Below, one piece after another: positions 19,724-29,452 of a DNA stretch of 64,000 bases (positions are counted from its first letter, which is position 1; each line of letters begins with the position of its first letter). Below the pieces are notes generated by a model, which saw only the letters and a list, made by a program, of their open reading frames with translations, had not been told where the DNA came from and ran no database searches. The position numbers and the translations under genes were made by a program. This DNA is from Trueperaceae bacterium (GTDB lineage: Bacteria; Deinococcota; Deinococci; Deinococcales; Trueperaceae): NCBI GenBank assembly GCA_965214405.1, contig OZ243956.1, forward strand, positions 1,376,001 to 1,440,000, in the 5' to 3' direction.

Positions 19724-20557
19724 ATGTGCGCACCCAAGGTCATGGACTACGTGAACAAGAGGCTGAGTCGGCGCGACCTGTTCAAATTAGCAGGCGTGGC
19801 TGCGGGCGTGGGGGCGGGCGCGGGGACGCCTCGAGCCTTTGCGCAAAGCGCCCCCTCGCTGAGCCTCAACAACCTCACCGACCTCACCCACACCATCTCG
19901 CCCGACTTCCCCGTGTTTCCCGGCTTCGACCCCATGCGGATCAACACGCTCGTCACGGTTGAAGACGACGGCTTTTACGCGAACCGCTGGGACATCGGCG
20001 AGCACACGGGCACGCACCTAGACGCCCCCGCGCACTTCGTCGCGGGCGCGACCACCGCCGACGCCATCCCGGTGGCGGAGTTCATCGCGCCGATGGCGAT
20101 CATAGACATTTCCGAAAAGGGCGCCCAGAATCCTGACGCGATGGTCCTGGTGGAGGATTTAACGGCCTGGGAGGATGAACATGGAGCACTGCCCGCGGGC
20201 GCGGCGGTGATGATGGTTTCGGGTTGGGAGGCGCGGCTCTCGAACGACCCCTCGAGCTTTCTCAACCAGGACGGCCCCGGCGTGCCGCACTTTCCCGGCT
20301 TTTCACCCGAAGCCGCCCTCTTTCTGGTTAACGAGCGCGACATCAAGGGTATCGGCGTGGACACGCTCTCGCTCGACATCGGCGCGTCGCAAACTTTTGA
20401 CGTGCACCTGAGCGTCCTGGGCGCGGGCAAGTGGGGCTTGGAAAACGTCGCCAACCTCAAGGCGCTGCCGCCCGCGGGCGCGACGCTTATCGTGGGCGCG
20501 TCCAAAGTGCAAAACGCCTCGGGCGGGCCGGTGCGCCTATTTGCAACCTGGGAATAG
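19724..20557 (+). CDS. Tat-exported cyclase-family metallohydrolase (kynurenine formamidase-like)
   Basis: SRRDLFK Tat motif; EHTGTHLDAPAHF; GIGVDTLS; AGGAGG RBS. Confidence 0.88.
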   Translation: MCAPKVMDYVNKRLSRRDLFKLAGVAAGVGAGAGTPRAFAQSAPSLSLNNLTDLTHTISPDFPVFPGFDPMRINTLVTVEDDGFYANRWDIGEHTGTHLDAPAHFVAGATTADAIPVAEFIAPMAIIDISEKGAQNPDAMVLVEDLTAWEDEHGALPAGAAVMMVSGWEARLSNDPSSFLNQDGPGVPHFPGFSPEAALFLVNERDIKGIGVDTLSLDIGASQTFDVHLSVLGAGKWGLENVANLKALPPAGATLIVGASKVQNASGGPVRLFATWE

Positions 20558-20744
20558 CTCAGGGGTTTTTGGTGCCACTAAACTCAAGAGCCAAGGAACA
20601 TAAGGGGGCAGCAAACTGCGCCCTCCCGTTGATCTTTGGCAGCGCCCGCTGAGACGGTTCGGCGCTTTGCCTCCTCGCGCCGCTGTGCAAAACTGCACGT
20701 GAACGGCGCAGCGTCTGTTTTAGTATCCGGCTAAGCCTCTTTTG

Positions 20745-20768
20745 TTCGCGCTAACGCGTTAGCGCGAA
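20745..20768. repeat. Perfect 24-bp palindrome
   Basis: TTCGCGCTAACG|CGTTAGCGCGAA. Confidence 0.9.
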
Positions 20769-20841
20769 TCACTTTGGCCTTTTAGGAGTGGGCCGCTTTA
20801 CAGGCTTTTGCTGGGCGGGGCAGAGAACGGACAATAACCTT

Positions 20842-21789
20842 ATGAATATCGAAACCCTTTTACGACGCAGGATAGACCGCCGTAAGCTGTTACGAAACGG
20901 CGGATTTATGGGCGCTGGCGCGGCGGCGCTGGGCGGCCTCGGCTTCTCGCGGTTTGCCAAGGCGCAAGAGATGACGATGGGCGTCGAGCTGAGCCCGGAG
21001 TTAGACGCCAAAATTTTAACGTTTGCGCTTAACCTCGAGTACCTAGAGGCCGAATACTATCTGCGCGGCGCGTACGGCTTGGGCCTCGCTTCAGAAGACG
21101 TCGGCACGTCGCCCGGCGAGGTGACGGGGGGGCGCAAGGTCGAGTTCGCCACCCCGGCGACCGAGCTTTACGTGCAAGAGGTTGCCGCCGACGAAGAGGC
21201 GCACGTCCAGTTTTTGCGCGCCGCGCTCGGCGAAAGCGCCGTGTCCCGCCCCGCCATCGACTTTACGGGCGCTTTTACGGGCGCGGCCAGAGCCGCGGGC
21301 ATTATCGGCGATGACCAGGAATTCGACCCCTTCGCCAACGAACTCTTTTTCTTGCACGGGGCCTTTTTATTCGAGGATGTCGGCGTGTCGGCTTACGGCG
21401 GCGCGGCCCCCTTTATCAGCGACCGCGAGACGGTCTTGGCCGCCGCGGTGGGCATCGGTTTGGTCGAGGCCTACCACGCGGGTGAGGTGCGTACGCTCCT
21501 CTACCAGAACAAAGACGTGATGGCGGTGGGCGAGCAGACCGTGGCCGAAGTCGTGCAAAAAATCTCCGACGCCCGCGACCTCCTGAGCGGCGAGGGCGAC
21601 GACGACCAGGGTATCGTCCAAGACGGGCTTGCCAACATCGTCAACGCCAACAGCAACGCGATCGCCTTTGCCCGCACGCCCAAGCAGGTCTTAGACATCG
21701 TCTATTTGGACTTGGGCTTATCGGCGACACCGGGCGGCTTCTTCCCCAACGGTCTTAACGGAGACTTCTCGGGCGTACCGTCGCTGTAA
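20842..21789 (+). CDS. Tat-exported ferritin-like desiccation-related protein (PCC13-62-like)
   Basis: DRRKLL; ILTFALNLEYLEAEYY, DEEAHV, FEDVGVSAY, VEAYHA, GGFFPNGLNG. Confidence 0.85.
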   Translation: MNIETLLRRRIDRRKLLRNGGFMGAGAAALGGLGFSRFAKAQEMTMGVELSPELDAKILTFALNLEYLEAEYYLRGAYGLGLASEDVGTSPGEVTGGRKVEFATPATELYVQEVAADEEAHVQFLRAALGESAVSRPAIDFTGAFTGAARAAGIIGDDQEFDPFANELFFLHGAFLFEDVGVSAYGGAAPFISDRETVLAAAVGIGLVEAYHAGEVRTLLYQNKDVMAVGEQTVAEVVQKISDARDLLSGEGDDDQGIVQDGLANIVNANSNAIAFARTPKQVLDIVYLDLGLSATPGGFFPNGLNGDFSGVPSL

Positions 21790-22199
21790 GGTGCTAACAA
21801 GAGCAGGGTAGTAAAGAAAGGTTCTCTCGTGGCCTCTGGCGTTAACCAGGGGCTTTATTTCGTATGGTCTCGAGCACCACGCTCTTAACTTCGTGCGTTT
21901 GTACCTGAGCGCTTCGGCCCCACCGAAACCTTTGGCTGGCACGCTCTCGAGCCGCGCGAACGTGCTGCCCCTCATCGCCACGAGGCTGTGCAAGAGAATA
22001 GCCGAGGGGCGACAAGTCCAACATGTATAAAGCTGTGTGATAAACAGTTTCCCGCGGCGTGACCAGCCCGTCAAAACTCAGCCTGTCGGGGACGCGCTTC
22101 TAGCTGAGTAGAGTAAGAACTTCTCGTTCATGATGTGTACACGACAAGGCTGAGCCCATTCGTAAGAATTTTGTGACACTTCACGTGACATGCTAAGAC

Positions 22200-23384
22200 A
22201 TGTTCATGTCGCGCCTCGGTCTTCACTTCGCGCTTCCCACCGATGAAGAGAGTATGCGCCGCGCCTTTTACTTAGTCGTTTTGGGGCTCTGCGTTCTTGC
22301 GGGCGCGCTGCCAGCGTTTCTCAATCCCGCGTTCTCTTGGTTCAGCTCCTTTTATGAAACGCTCGTCCCGCTTGTTCTGGGCGCTCTCACGGCGCTAGGC
22401 ATTCTGCTCTGGACTCGTCCTGAGAGTCTGTCCCATGTTGAGCGGGCGCTGTTCGGCGTCGGCGTGAGCTACAACCTCGCAGTTTTTGTCCGCATTCTCT
22501 ATATCGGCTCGAGCGCGGACGTCCGTGACTATATCGACGTCTACCGCACCTTTTCGCCGCTCGTGTACGCGTGGGCGTTTTTGGCCTTTGGACGCCGCCG
22601 CGGGCTATTCAATTCGCTCTTGTTTATGGGGAGCGTGCTCGCACTCGCCGCTCCTTATCTCTTGGGATTTACCCCACCGCGAGTGGATTACACCGTTATT
22701 CGACCGCTCGTTTTAAGCGTCCCGACCGTGGGAGGCGTTTACCTGACGATTTTCTACGCGCTGACTCATTTCCTCGAGGTGAGCGTTCGGGCGCGTGTAG
22801 GCGCGGAGACCGAGGCCAGGCTCGCTTACCTAGACCCGCTCACGGGGTTGCCCAACCGCCTACTCCTTGACCAGCGTTTGGGGGAAGCTTTTCACGCCGC
22901 TCAAGGGGAGCGCCAAAGCTTCGCGCTGGCTTTTATCGACCTAGACGCGTTCAAGGCGGTGAATGACACCTTTGGTCACGCGGCGGGTGACGCGCTCCTT
23001 AAAGAAGTGGCGACGCGGTTGGGCAGCCCTTTACGCGCCTCAGACACGCTCGCGCGCATTTCCGGTGACGAGTTCGCCGTAATTTTGCCCGCGACCGCGT
23101 CCCCCGCGGCGGTCAAGAAGGTGGCGGAACGGCTGTTGGGGACCCTCGAGACCCCTTTCAACCTGGGCGGTGTGAGCTACCGCGCAAGCGCCAGTATGGG
23201 TTTCGCCCTCTATCAGGCCTCGAGCATGACCCCGACGACCCCCGACAGATTACTCGCTCAGGCCGACGAGGCGATGTACGTCGCTAAACAGTGCGGTAGA
23301 AACGGTTACCACCTGTTCGCGTTTGAGACGCAGGTCGAGCTTCAGACCCGCGCTCAAAGAAGGGAAATCGTAGCAGGATGTTAG
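22200..23384 (+). CDS. Membrane-bound diguanylate cyclase
   Basis: TM N-terminus; DPLTGLPNR, DLDAFKAVNDTFGH, RASD I-site, SGDEF. Confidence 0.9.
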   Translation: MFMSRLGLHFALPTDEESMRRAFYLVVLGLCVLAGALPAFLNPAFSWFSSFYETLVPLVLGALTALGILLWTRPESLSHVERALFGVGVSYNLAVFVRILYIGSSADVRDYIDVYRTFSPLVYAWAFLAFGRRRGLFNSLLFMGSVLALAAPYLLGFTPPRVDYTVIRPLVLSVPTVGGVYLTIFYALTHFLEVSVRARVGAETEARLAYLDPLTGLPNRLLLDQRLGEAFHAAQGERQSFALAFIDLDAFKAVNDTFGHAAGDALLKEVATRLGSPLRASDTLARISGDEFAVILPATASPAAVKKVAERLLGTLETPFNLGGVSYRASASMGFALYQASSMTPTTPDRLLAQADEAMYVAKQCGRNGYHLFAFETQVELQTRAQRREIVAGC

Positions 23385-23413
23385 CCCCCCGTTCACATTT
23401 ACCCGTTCCCAAG

Positions 23414-23446
23414 GAACAGAGGGCGTGGTAAATGCGCCCTCTGTTC
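23414..23446. terminator. 12-bp hairpin between convergent genes
   Basis: GAACAGAGGGCG...CGCCCTCTGTTC. Confidence 0.65.
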
Positions 23447-23485
23447 GTTCAGCCATCCGTATATTCATGTGTGACGCGTAAAGCG

Positions 23486-24022
23486 TTAATTTCCTCCCGT
23501 AGCACCTTGTCTCATAATGACACCGCACGCGATGCGGTCGCCGCTCTCACCGCCCGGGTCGGTTAAGTAATCGTCAGGGTCCGCGTGGAGGATAATGGCG
23601 CTGCCGTCCGCGTCGAAAAGCGAGTTGACCTGGTCGGGCGCGAGCGAGATGAGCAGCGTACTGATTTGGTAGACCGCGTTGCCTTCTGCGTCAAGGATGA
23701 GGTTGGGCAGGTCGCCCGCGTGCGGCCCCTGCGGGTTGAGAAAACCGTGCTCATCATTACCGGGGTTATAGTGCGCGCCCGCCGCCTCGAAGGTGGGCTC
23801 GCACGCGCCCGTCTCGTGGATGTGAAAGCCGTGCGCGCCCTCGGCGGCGGCGGTAAAGCCGGTGATGGTCGCCTCGAGCGTAACCGGACCGTCCTCACTA
23901 AACGTCACGGTGCCGACCACATTGCCGTCGGCGTCTCGCAACTCCGCGCTCGCCTGGAGCGTTTGTGCGAACGCACCACCCAGCAGCCCAAAAAACAATA
24001 CAAAACCGATTATTTTCTTCAT
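23486..24022 (-). CDS. sodC: Cu/Zn superoxide dismutase (exported)
   Basis: Signal peptide; HGFHIHE, GAHYNP, HAGDLPN, IILHADPDD, RIACGVI. Confidence 0.93.
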   Translation of the reverse strand: MKKIIGFVLFFGLLGGAFAQTLQASAELRDADGNVVGTVTFSEDGPVTLEATITGFTAAAEGAHGFHIHETGACEPTFEAAGAHYNPGNDEHGFLNPQGPHAGDLPNLILDAEGNAVYQISTLLISLAPDQVNSLFDADGSAIILHADPDDYLTDPGGESGDRIACGVIMRQGATGGN

Positions 24023-24182
24023 AAGCCCCTTTCTTTACTCTGCTTACTCACCATACTGTTTTTACACATAATCACTATGAGCACCCGCTCACAGTCGGGC
24101 GGCTCGAGGGAACGTTCGCAACCCCTTTTATCCGCCCGGCGGGCGGCGCAAAAACTAAGCTGCGCTTGTTAAAGGTAACCCG

Positions 24183-25460
24183 CTACCCCATCACGATTTT
24201 GCCAAAGTAGGGTCTCAGCACCTCCGGCACCGTGACCGTCCCGTCCTCGTTTTGACAGTTCTCCAAAATCGCCGCGACGGTGCGGACCATGCCGAACATG
24301 CTGCCGTTTAGGGTATGCACGAGTTCAGGTTTGCCCTTGCCCTGTGGCCCGCCCTCACGAAAACGCGTCATCAGGCGCTGCGCCTGGAACGTTTCAAAGT
24401 TGGTTACGCTCGAGACCTCCAGCCACCGCCCTTGCCCCGCGCTCCACACCTCTAAGTCGTACGTTTTGGCGCTCGCAAAGGTCATGTCGCCCGTGCAGAG
24501 CAAGAGGCGGCGGTAGGGCAAACCGAGGGCTTCAAGAGACCGTTCCACACGCTCCGTCATCGCCTCCAAAACCTCATAACTTATGTCAGGATGCACAAGC
24601 TGCACCATCTCCACCTTGTCAAACTGATGCACCCGGTTCACGCCGCGCACCTCCTTGCCGTAACTCCCGGCCTCGCGGCGGAAGCAGGCGCTGTGGGCGG
24701 TGTAGCGCAGGGGCAAGACGGAGGCGTCCAAAATCTCGTCGCGGTGAAGGTTCGTCACCGGCACCTCCGACGTGGGGATGAGATAAAAGCCGTCGGTGAC
24801 CTCGTACATCTGCCCCTCTTTGTCGGGCAGTTGCCCCGTCGCGGTCGCGGAGGCTTCGTTGACCATCAGGGGCGGCAGGATTTCGGTGTAGCCCTCGTCG
24901 CCCAGCGTATTGAGCGAATACTGGACGAGCGCGCGCATGAGCCGCGCGCCGTCGCCCTTAAAAACCGGAAAGCCCGCGCCCGTGACCTTGACGCCCGCCT
25001 CCAAGTCAATCCAGCCGCGCGCCGCGGCCAAATCCCAATGGGGCTTGGGCTCAAAAGCGAAGTGAGGCTTGTCGCCGTGCTCATGGACCACCACGTTGTC
25101 GTGTTCGCTCGAGCCAAAAGGCACGCTTGTGTGGGGGAGGTTGGGCAGCTCCAACATGAGCGCCCCCACTTGCGCCTCCAAACTCCGGCTCCGCTCCTCG
25201 AGCCTTTTCACCTCCTCGGCAAGCCCGCCCATCTCGCGCACAAGCGCCTCGGCGTTCTCGCCCCGGCGCTTGAGGTCGCCAATTTTCTTGCTCTCGGCGT
25301 TGCGCCGCGCCTGCTTCTCCTCTAAGTCGCTACGCAGCAGGCGGTATTCCTCATCAACCAAGAGGAGCTGATCGAGCTTGGGCTCGGTGGTTGAGCCCTT
25401 GGCGCGGATCGCGCGTCTGACGGTGTCAGGATTCTCGCGGATGAATTTGATATCCAACAT
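24183..25460 (-). CDS. serS: Seryl-tRNA synthetase
   Basis: MLDIKFIRENP, YLIPTSEVP, FRREAG, RVHQFDKVE, HTLNGS. Confidence 0.98.
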   Translation of the reverse strand: MLDIKFIRENPDTVRRAIRAKGSTTEPKLDQLLLVDEEYRLLRSDLEEKQARRNAESKKIGDLKRRGENAEALVREMGGLAEEVKRLEERSRSLEAQVGALMLELPNLPHTSVPFGSSEHDNVVVHEHGDKPHFAFEPKPHWDLAAARGWIDLEAGVKVTGAGFPVFKGDGARLMRALVQYSLNTLGDEGYTEILPPLMVNEASATATGQLPDKEGQMYEVTDGFYLIPTSEVPVTNLHRDEILDASVLPLRYTAHSACFRREAGSYGKEVRGVNRVHQFDKVEMVQLVHPDISYEVLEAMTERVERSLEALGLPYRRLLLCTGDMTFASAKTYDLEVWSAGQGRWLEVSSVTNFETFQAQRLMTRFREGGPQGKGKPELVHTLNGSMFGMVRTVAAILENCQNEDGTVTVPEVLRPYFGKIVMG

Positions 25461-25540
25461 GAGGCTTAGGTTACCCGAAATGGGAGGTTTTATCTCCAGA
25501 AAAGAGGACGTAGCGGTATGCTCATCGTGGAGGTTCAGCG

Positions 25541-25935
25541 GTGAGCACCTTGAGGGCGGTTGCGAAAGTGGGCTTGCTCAACTTGCTGTTGGTGGCTTGC
25601 CGTTTCGGTGAAGGCGCAGTCAACTCAAGCTTTGTGGAATCAAGAACAGCCGCCGAGATTGCCATTTCTCACCTGAAAGAGCAAGTTTCTCGCATGACGA
25701 AAACGAGCAAGAGATTTTTGTGTCGGAAGGAAATTACGACGGTCAAACGGTGTGGCTTATTTCTGTCTTGCCCGAAAACTACACGCCCATTAAAAGCAGA
25801 GAGATGATAACCACAACCATTAACGGTAAAGAAGTCCAGCTAGAGAAAATCACGCCGAACGGTCCGGCCAATGGTCCGACGGTTGCCGTGTCAAAATCGG
25901 ATGGCAGTGTTATTAATATGAGGTTTAACCCGTGA
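25541..25935 (+). pseudogene. Frameshifted small lipoprotein (paralog of downstream gene)
   Basis: Lipobox LVAC; frame change near 25685 joins the 25541 and 25720 ORFs. Confidence 0.65.
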
Positions 25936-26389
25936 AGAATACCCCTTCCCTTGGCAGTAGTTTGGGCGGTGGCTTTAACTTCAAAGTGACTACGTTTGCT
26001 TTGCTCCTCGTATGCTTCGTTTTGTCAGCCTGTACCCAACCAACAGGTGACATTTCGCCAAGCGACGCTCGAGGGCAGAGTGCCTACATTGGTCAAGATG
26101 TAGCAGTTGAAACTGCTCGAGCAACCCTGTCAAGCAAAGGGGTTGTTTACAATCCCGAAAAAGATTTGATAGTCGTCAAGGAAAAGCTGTTGGAAGGAGA
26201 GCCCGTTTATTTGGTCGGCTACTGGGTTAGATCCAACCTACCCGAGTACGACAATCTCCACATCTACGACGAAGGTGCCCTGTCAATCGCTCCGGGGGCA
26301 AAAGGTCCACCTTTTGTTCCGGGTGGCGAGCGGAATGTTTATATCTCGAAAAAACAGGTCAGGTGATAAAGGTCGAGTTTACAAGGTGA
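25932..26389 (+). pseudogene. Small lipoprotein with probable C-terminal frameshift at an A6 run
   Basis: Lipobox LSAC; ORF stops at 26366, but one extra A gives SKKTGQVIKVEFTR*, matching the paralog C-terminus SKSDGSVINMRFNP. Confidence 0.55.
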
Positions 26390-26449
26390 AACTGCTGAGT
26401 TTTCGAGGAATATTTAGCAGCTCGTATCACTTCAAAAGCATCTCACGAG

Positions 26450-26920
26450 CTACAGCCCAACCGCCCGCAGCACCCGCGCGTCAAGAGGTAGCGGAACAGG
26501 TTCCGCCACTTCGACCTGAGCAAAATCCGGATGCTCAGGATTGATGACAAAGTTATGCTCCGTGGGAACCAAAACGCTCGGCACCTTGAGAACCAGCGTC
26601 TCGTGAGCGCTAAACCATGCGTGACCGAGCGCTCGAGTGCTCTCCGGCACGGGCTCGGCCTGCCAATCTTCCGGCAGTTCGTCCAAGGTGAGCGTGGTCA
26701 AACCTTCGGAAGGTAGCGTAACCTTCAGCGCAACATACTGGTTGAGCATGTCTAAGTTCTCCGCGTGGGCCAGCACCTCCAGAAAAGCCAAAGAAAGCGT
26801 TTCGCTGGCGTAGGCCACGCGGACGCCGCGCACGTTCCAGCGTCCCGGATAGCGGGCGCTGCCTTCGCCGGAAAGGGCGGTTGCGGCGTACTGGGGCCTT
26901 GTGAGCCGCCAGACGTTCAA
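26450..26920 (-). CDS. RES-domain toxin (NAD+ phosphorylase family)
   Basis: VWRL...SGEGSARYPGRWN, YASETLSLAFLE, VPSVLVP, NFVINPEHPD; TTG start at 26920. Confidence 0.9.
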   Translation of the reverse strand: MNVWRLTRPQYAATALSGEGSARYPGRWNVRGVRVAYASETLSLAFLEVLAHAENLDMLNQYVALKVTLPSEGLTTLTLDELPEDWQAEPVPESTRALGHAWFSAHETLVLKVPSVLVPTEHNFVINPEHPDFAQVEVAEPVPLPLDARVLRAVGL

Positions 26921-26933
26921 GAAGGCCAAGCGT

Positions 26934-27377
26934 TCAAGAAGGGAGGCCGTACTCGATTCGGCCCAAAAGGTCCTCGACCTCCCGCACGCCCGGTTCCGTT
27001 CTGGCAAAGGTGAGCGGCGTTTCTCCTCCTAAAGCGCGTTTGGCCGTACTCAGCCAGCGCCGCGCCGCCTCCAGTTCGCCCAGCACCTGCACCGCGCGCT
27101 CGGTCAAAAAAGCCATGCGGTACAAGCGCTCGCTCTCCTCGACCGAGAGCGAGCCGCTGCGCTTGCGCCGGGCCAAGGTGCTGGGGGTGATTCTGAGAAG
27201 TTCCGCCAGATGCTTTTCCGTCACGCCCAGGGTAGCCGCGACGCGTTCAAAAGCTTCTATCTTTAAGCCTTCATCAACGGCTTCAACCACGGTGAGACGG
27301 TTTCCGGCGGTGAGCCCGAGAAGGTGTGACAAAACGTTGTACGGATTGCTAGCTATGCTGCTGGCTGCGGTTGTCAC
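26934..27377 (-). CDS. Xre/MbcA/ParS antitoxin
   Basis: HTH; LSVEESERLYR...ARRWL...ALGGETPL...VEDLLGRIEYG; directly upstream of RES gene. Confidence 0.92.
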   Translation of the reverse strand: MTTAASSIASNPYNVLSHLLGLTAGNRLTVVEAVDEGLKIEAFERVAATLGVTEKHLAELLRITPSTLARRKRSGSLSVEESERLYRMAFLTERAVQVLGELEAARRWLSTAKRALGGETPLTFARTEPGVREVEDLLGRIEYGLPS

Positions 27378-27452
27378 TAAACCTCCTGATAGTCACCAGA
27401 ATGACAACTCGAACTTACCACTTTGGCACCCACCTTGCAACGATAACCGTTT

Positions 27453-28298
27453 TTAACTCGCCTCAAAAAGCCCCGTCTCTTTGCCGATGTGAATGCTTCC
27501 TTCCGCCCCGAGCCTCTCCCTCAGATATTCTTCAAACGCCGCCACCTTCTCCTCAAACGCCGCTTCATCCATGTCAGTCGCACCTACGTCGTCCATAAGG
27601 TCTCTCAGGGCGTTCATTGAAAGGATGTAGGCCACGAGCGGTTCGGCTTCGGTGACCTCTAAGTCACCCTCGAAACGGTGAAGGGTGACGTGGGGGAAGA
27701 AGGGCTCGAGGTGCGCCGCACCGTTCTGGAGCCCAAACCGCCTCGAGCCGGAGATGTCGTAGTCACGCTTCGGTTCGCGCCCCAAAAGACGCGCTTGCAG
27801 CGTCCCCAACTCTTGAAGGTGCCCCGCCCCATTCGTGGCAGCGTAAAGTCTGCCGCCCGGTTTGAGAACGCGGCGGATTTCCGCCAGAGCTTTGGGAATG
27901 TCAGGTACATGATAGAGCATGTGATTGGCAATGACCGCATCAAAAGAAGCGTCATCAAAAGGGATGTCTTGAGCGTCGAGTTGGCGGAAAGAAAAAGAAC
28001 CGTTGAGGCCCTGTACATTCCGCTTCGCCTCCGCCAACATCCCTTCCGAAAAGTCCGACAGCGTCACCTCCCACGTTTGGGGAATGCGGTCGGCGTTTTC
28101 CACCCAGAGCCACGCCGGGCCGCAACCGAGCTCGAGCACGCGCGCATTAGCATGTACATCAAGATGGTCGAAAACCCAGCGGTGCCAGGGATAAGTGTTG
28201 GTGCTGAAGCGTTGGTGAAGCTCCTTCCGGGCTTCTAAATTTGAGGCGTCTTTATACTGCTCGGTTCGTAAATACTCTTGATTCGTCCGCACAGTCAT
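27453..28298 (-). CDS. Class I SAM-dependent methyltransferase
   Basis: VLELGCGPA, FDAVIANHMLYHV, RVLKPGG; ATG 28298 after GAGGAG. Confidence 0.9.
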   Translation of the reverse strand: MTVRTNQEYLRTEQYKDASNLEARKELHQRFSTNTYPWHRWVFDHLDVHANARVLELGCGPAWLWVENADRIPQTWEVTLSDFSEGMLAEAKRNVQGLNGSFSFRQLDAQDIPFDDASFDAVIANHMLYHVPDIPKALAEIRRVLKPGGRLYAATNGAGHLQELGTLQARLLGREPKRDYDISGSRRFGLQNGAAHLEPFFPHVTLHRFEGDLEVTEAEPLVAYILSMNALRDLMDDVGATDMDEAAFEEKVAAFEEYLRERLGAEGSIHIGKETGLFEAS

Positions 28299-28382
28299 GA
28301 ACTCTCCTCGTTTCTTGGTTTGGCAAATTTTTTTGCAGGGTACGTCACGCCTAAAAATGCGGCGTCCATTATACTCGAGGAC

Positions 28383-29252
28383 ATGCAGCTTCCCGTGCTC
28401 GTTTCCACCCCTCACGCGTCGGGCTTCGTGCCCTTTCACCTCCTCGCCGAGATGCTGGGGGAGGAGGTGTTCAGCCGTGAGGCGCGAGAGCGGCGGCTCG
28501 AGTATCTTTTCGACGAGGGCGACCCCTACACCGACGCCATTTTTTACGCGCCGGGCGCGCGGCACTTGAGCGCCCTAACCTCGCGCTTCGTCGTGGACCT
28601 CAACCGGCCACGCGACTACGGCGGCCCCAACGGCGTCATCAAACTCACCGATTTCCAGACGCAGCCGCTCTATCCGCCCGACTATGCGCTGTCGCCCCAA
28701 GCCGCCGAGGAACGCTTGAGCCGCTACTGGGACCCGTACCACGCGGCGGTGGACGCGGCCCTGGCGCGCAACGACATCTCTTTTTTTATCGACGGTCACG
28801 CGATGTCGCCGGTGGGTCCCGCCATCGGCCCCGACACGGGCAAGCTGCGCCCGGCGCTCACGCTCGTCACGGGCGGCGACGCGCGGGGGGAGCCCCTGGG
28901 GAGCGGCTACACGACGGTGCGCCCGGAGGTCGCGCGCGACCTCGCGTCACTCTTGTGGCGTCACTTTCGCCCGGTTATAGGAGACGCCCCGGAAGTGCCG
29001 CAGGAGGTGAGCATCAACGCACCCTTTATCGTCGGCGAAATCATCCGCCAGCACGCCTCACCGCTACGCCGCACGTCCAAGCCGGGTTTCATGATTGAGG
29101 TCAACCGGGCACTCTATTTGGAGCCCGTCGGCGAACGCTTGAGCCGCCCCATTCCCGGACGAACAGAAGCGCTCAATGGTTGCTTTAACTCATTTTTGCA
29201 AGACGCGGTGGGCCTGATGGCTGAGGCTCGAGTCGCGGCGGGAACGGTTTAG
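28383..29252 (+). CDS. N-formylglutamate amidohydrolase family protein
   Basis: VSTPHASG, DPYTD, SRFVVDLNR, YWDPYH, IDGHAM, MIEVNRALY. Confidence 0.88.
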   Translation: MQLPVLVSTPHASGFVPFHLLAEMLGEEVFSREARERRLEYLFDEGDPYTDAIFYAPGARHLSALTSRFVVDLNRPRDYGGPNGVIKLTDFQTQPLYPPDYALSPQAAEERLSRYWDPYHAAVDAALARNDISFFIDGHAMSPVGPAIGPDTGKLRPALTLVTGGDARGEPLGSGYTTVRPEVARDLASLLWRHFRPVIGDAPEVPQEVSINAPFIVGEIIRQHASPLRRTSKPGFMIEVNRALYLEPVGERLSRPIPGRTEALNGCFNSFLQDAVGLMAEARVAAGTV

Positions 29253-29307
29253 CGGCTGGGTTTACAGTCAGACTTATCTGAACACAAACGCGTCTCAAAA
29301 TCTAGTA

Positions 29308-29400
29308 TGGAGTAGAGGAGCGGAGAAGATAGGGAGACGTTCTCTCGCCCCTCTCCCCTTTATCCCGTCTCCCCACCTCCTTCGCCCCCTACCTCTTCCC
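29308..29400. repeat. Second purine/pyrimidine-biased repeat
   Basis: Shares the identical 16-mer CGTCTCCCCACCTCCT (29366-29381) with 2023-2038. Confidence 0.6.
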
Positions 29401-29452
29401 CGCACATCACATAAGCACGTGCTTTAGAATGAGTTTATAGAGGAGGTGCCCT

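Noticed and set aside
22975..23080. SGDEF instead of GGDEF suggesting an inactive cyclase
   Set aside because: First-position variants can be active, and the other catalytic motifs and the I-site are intact.
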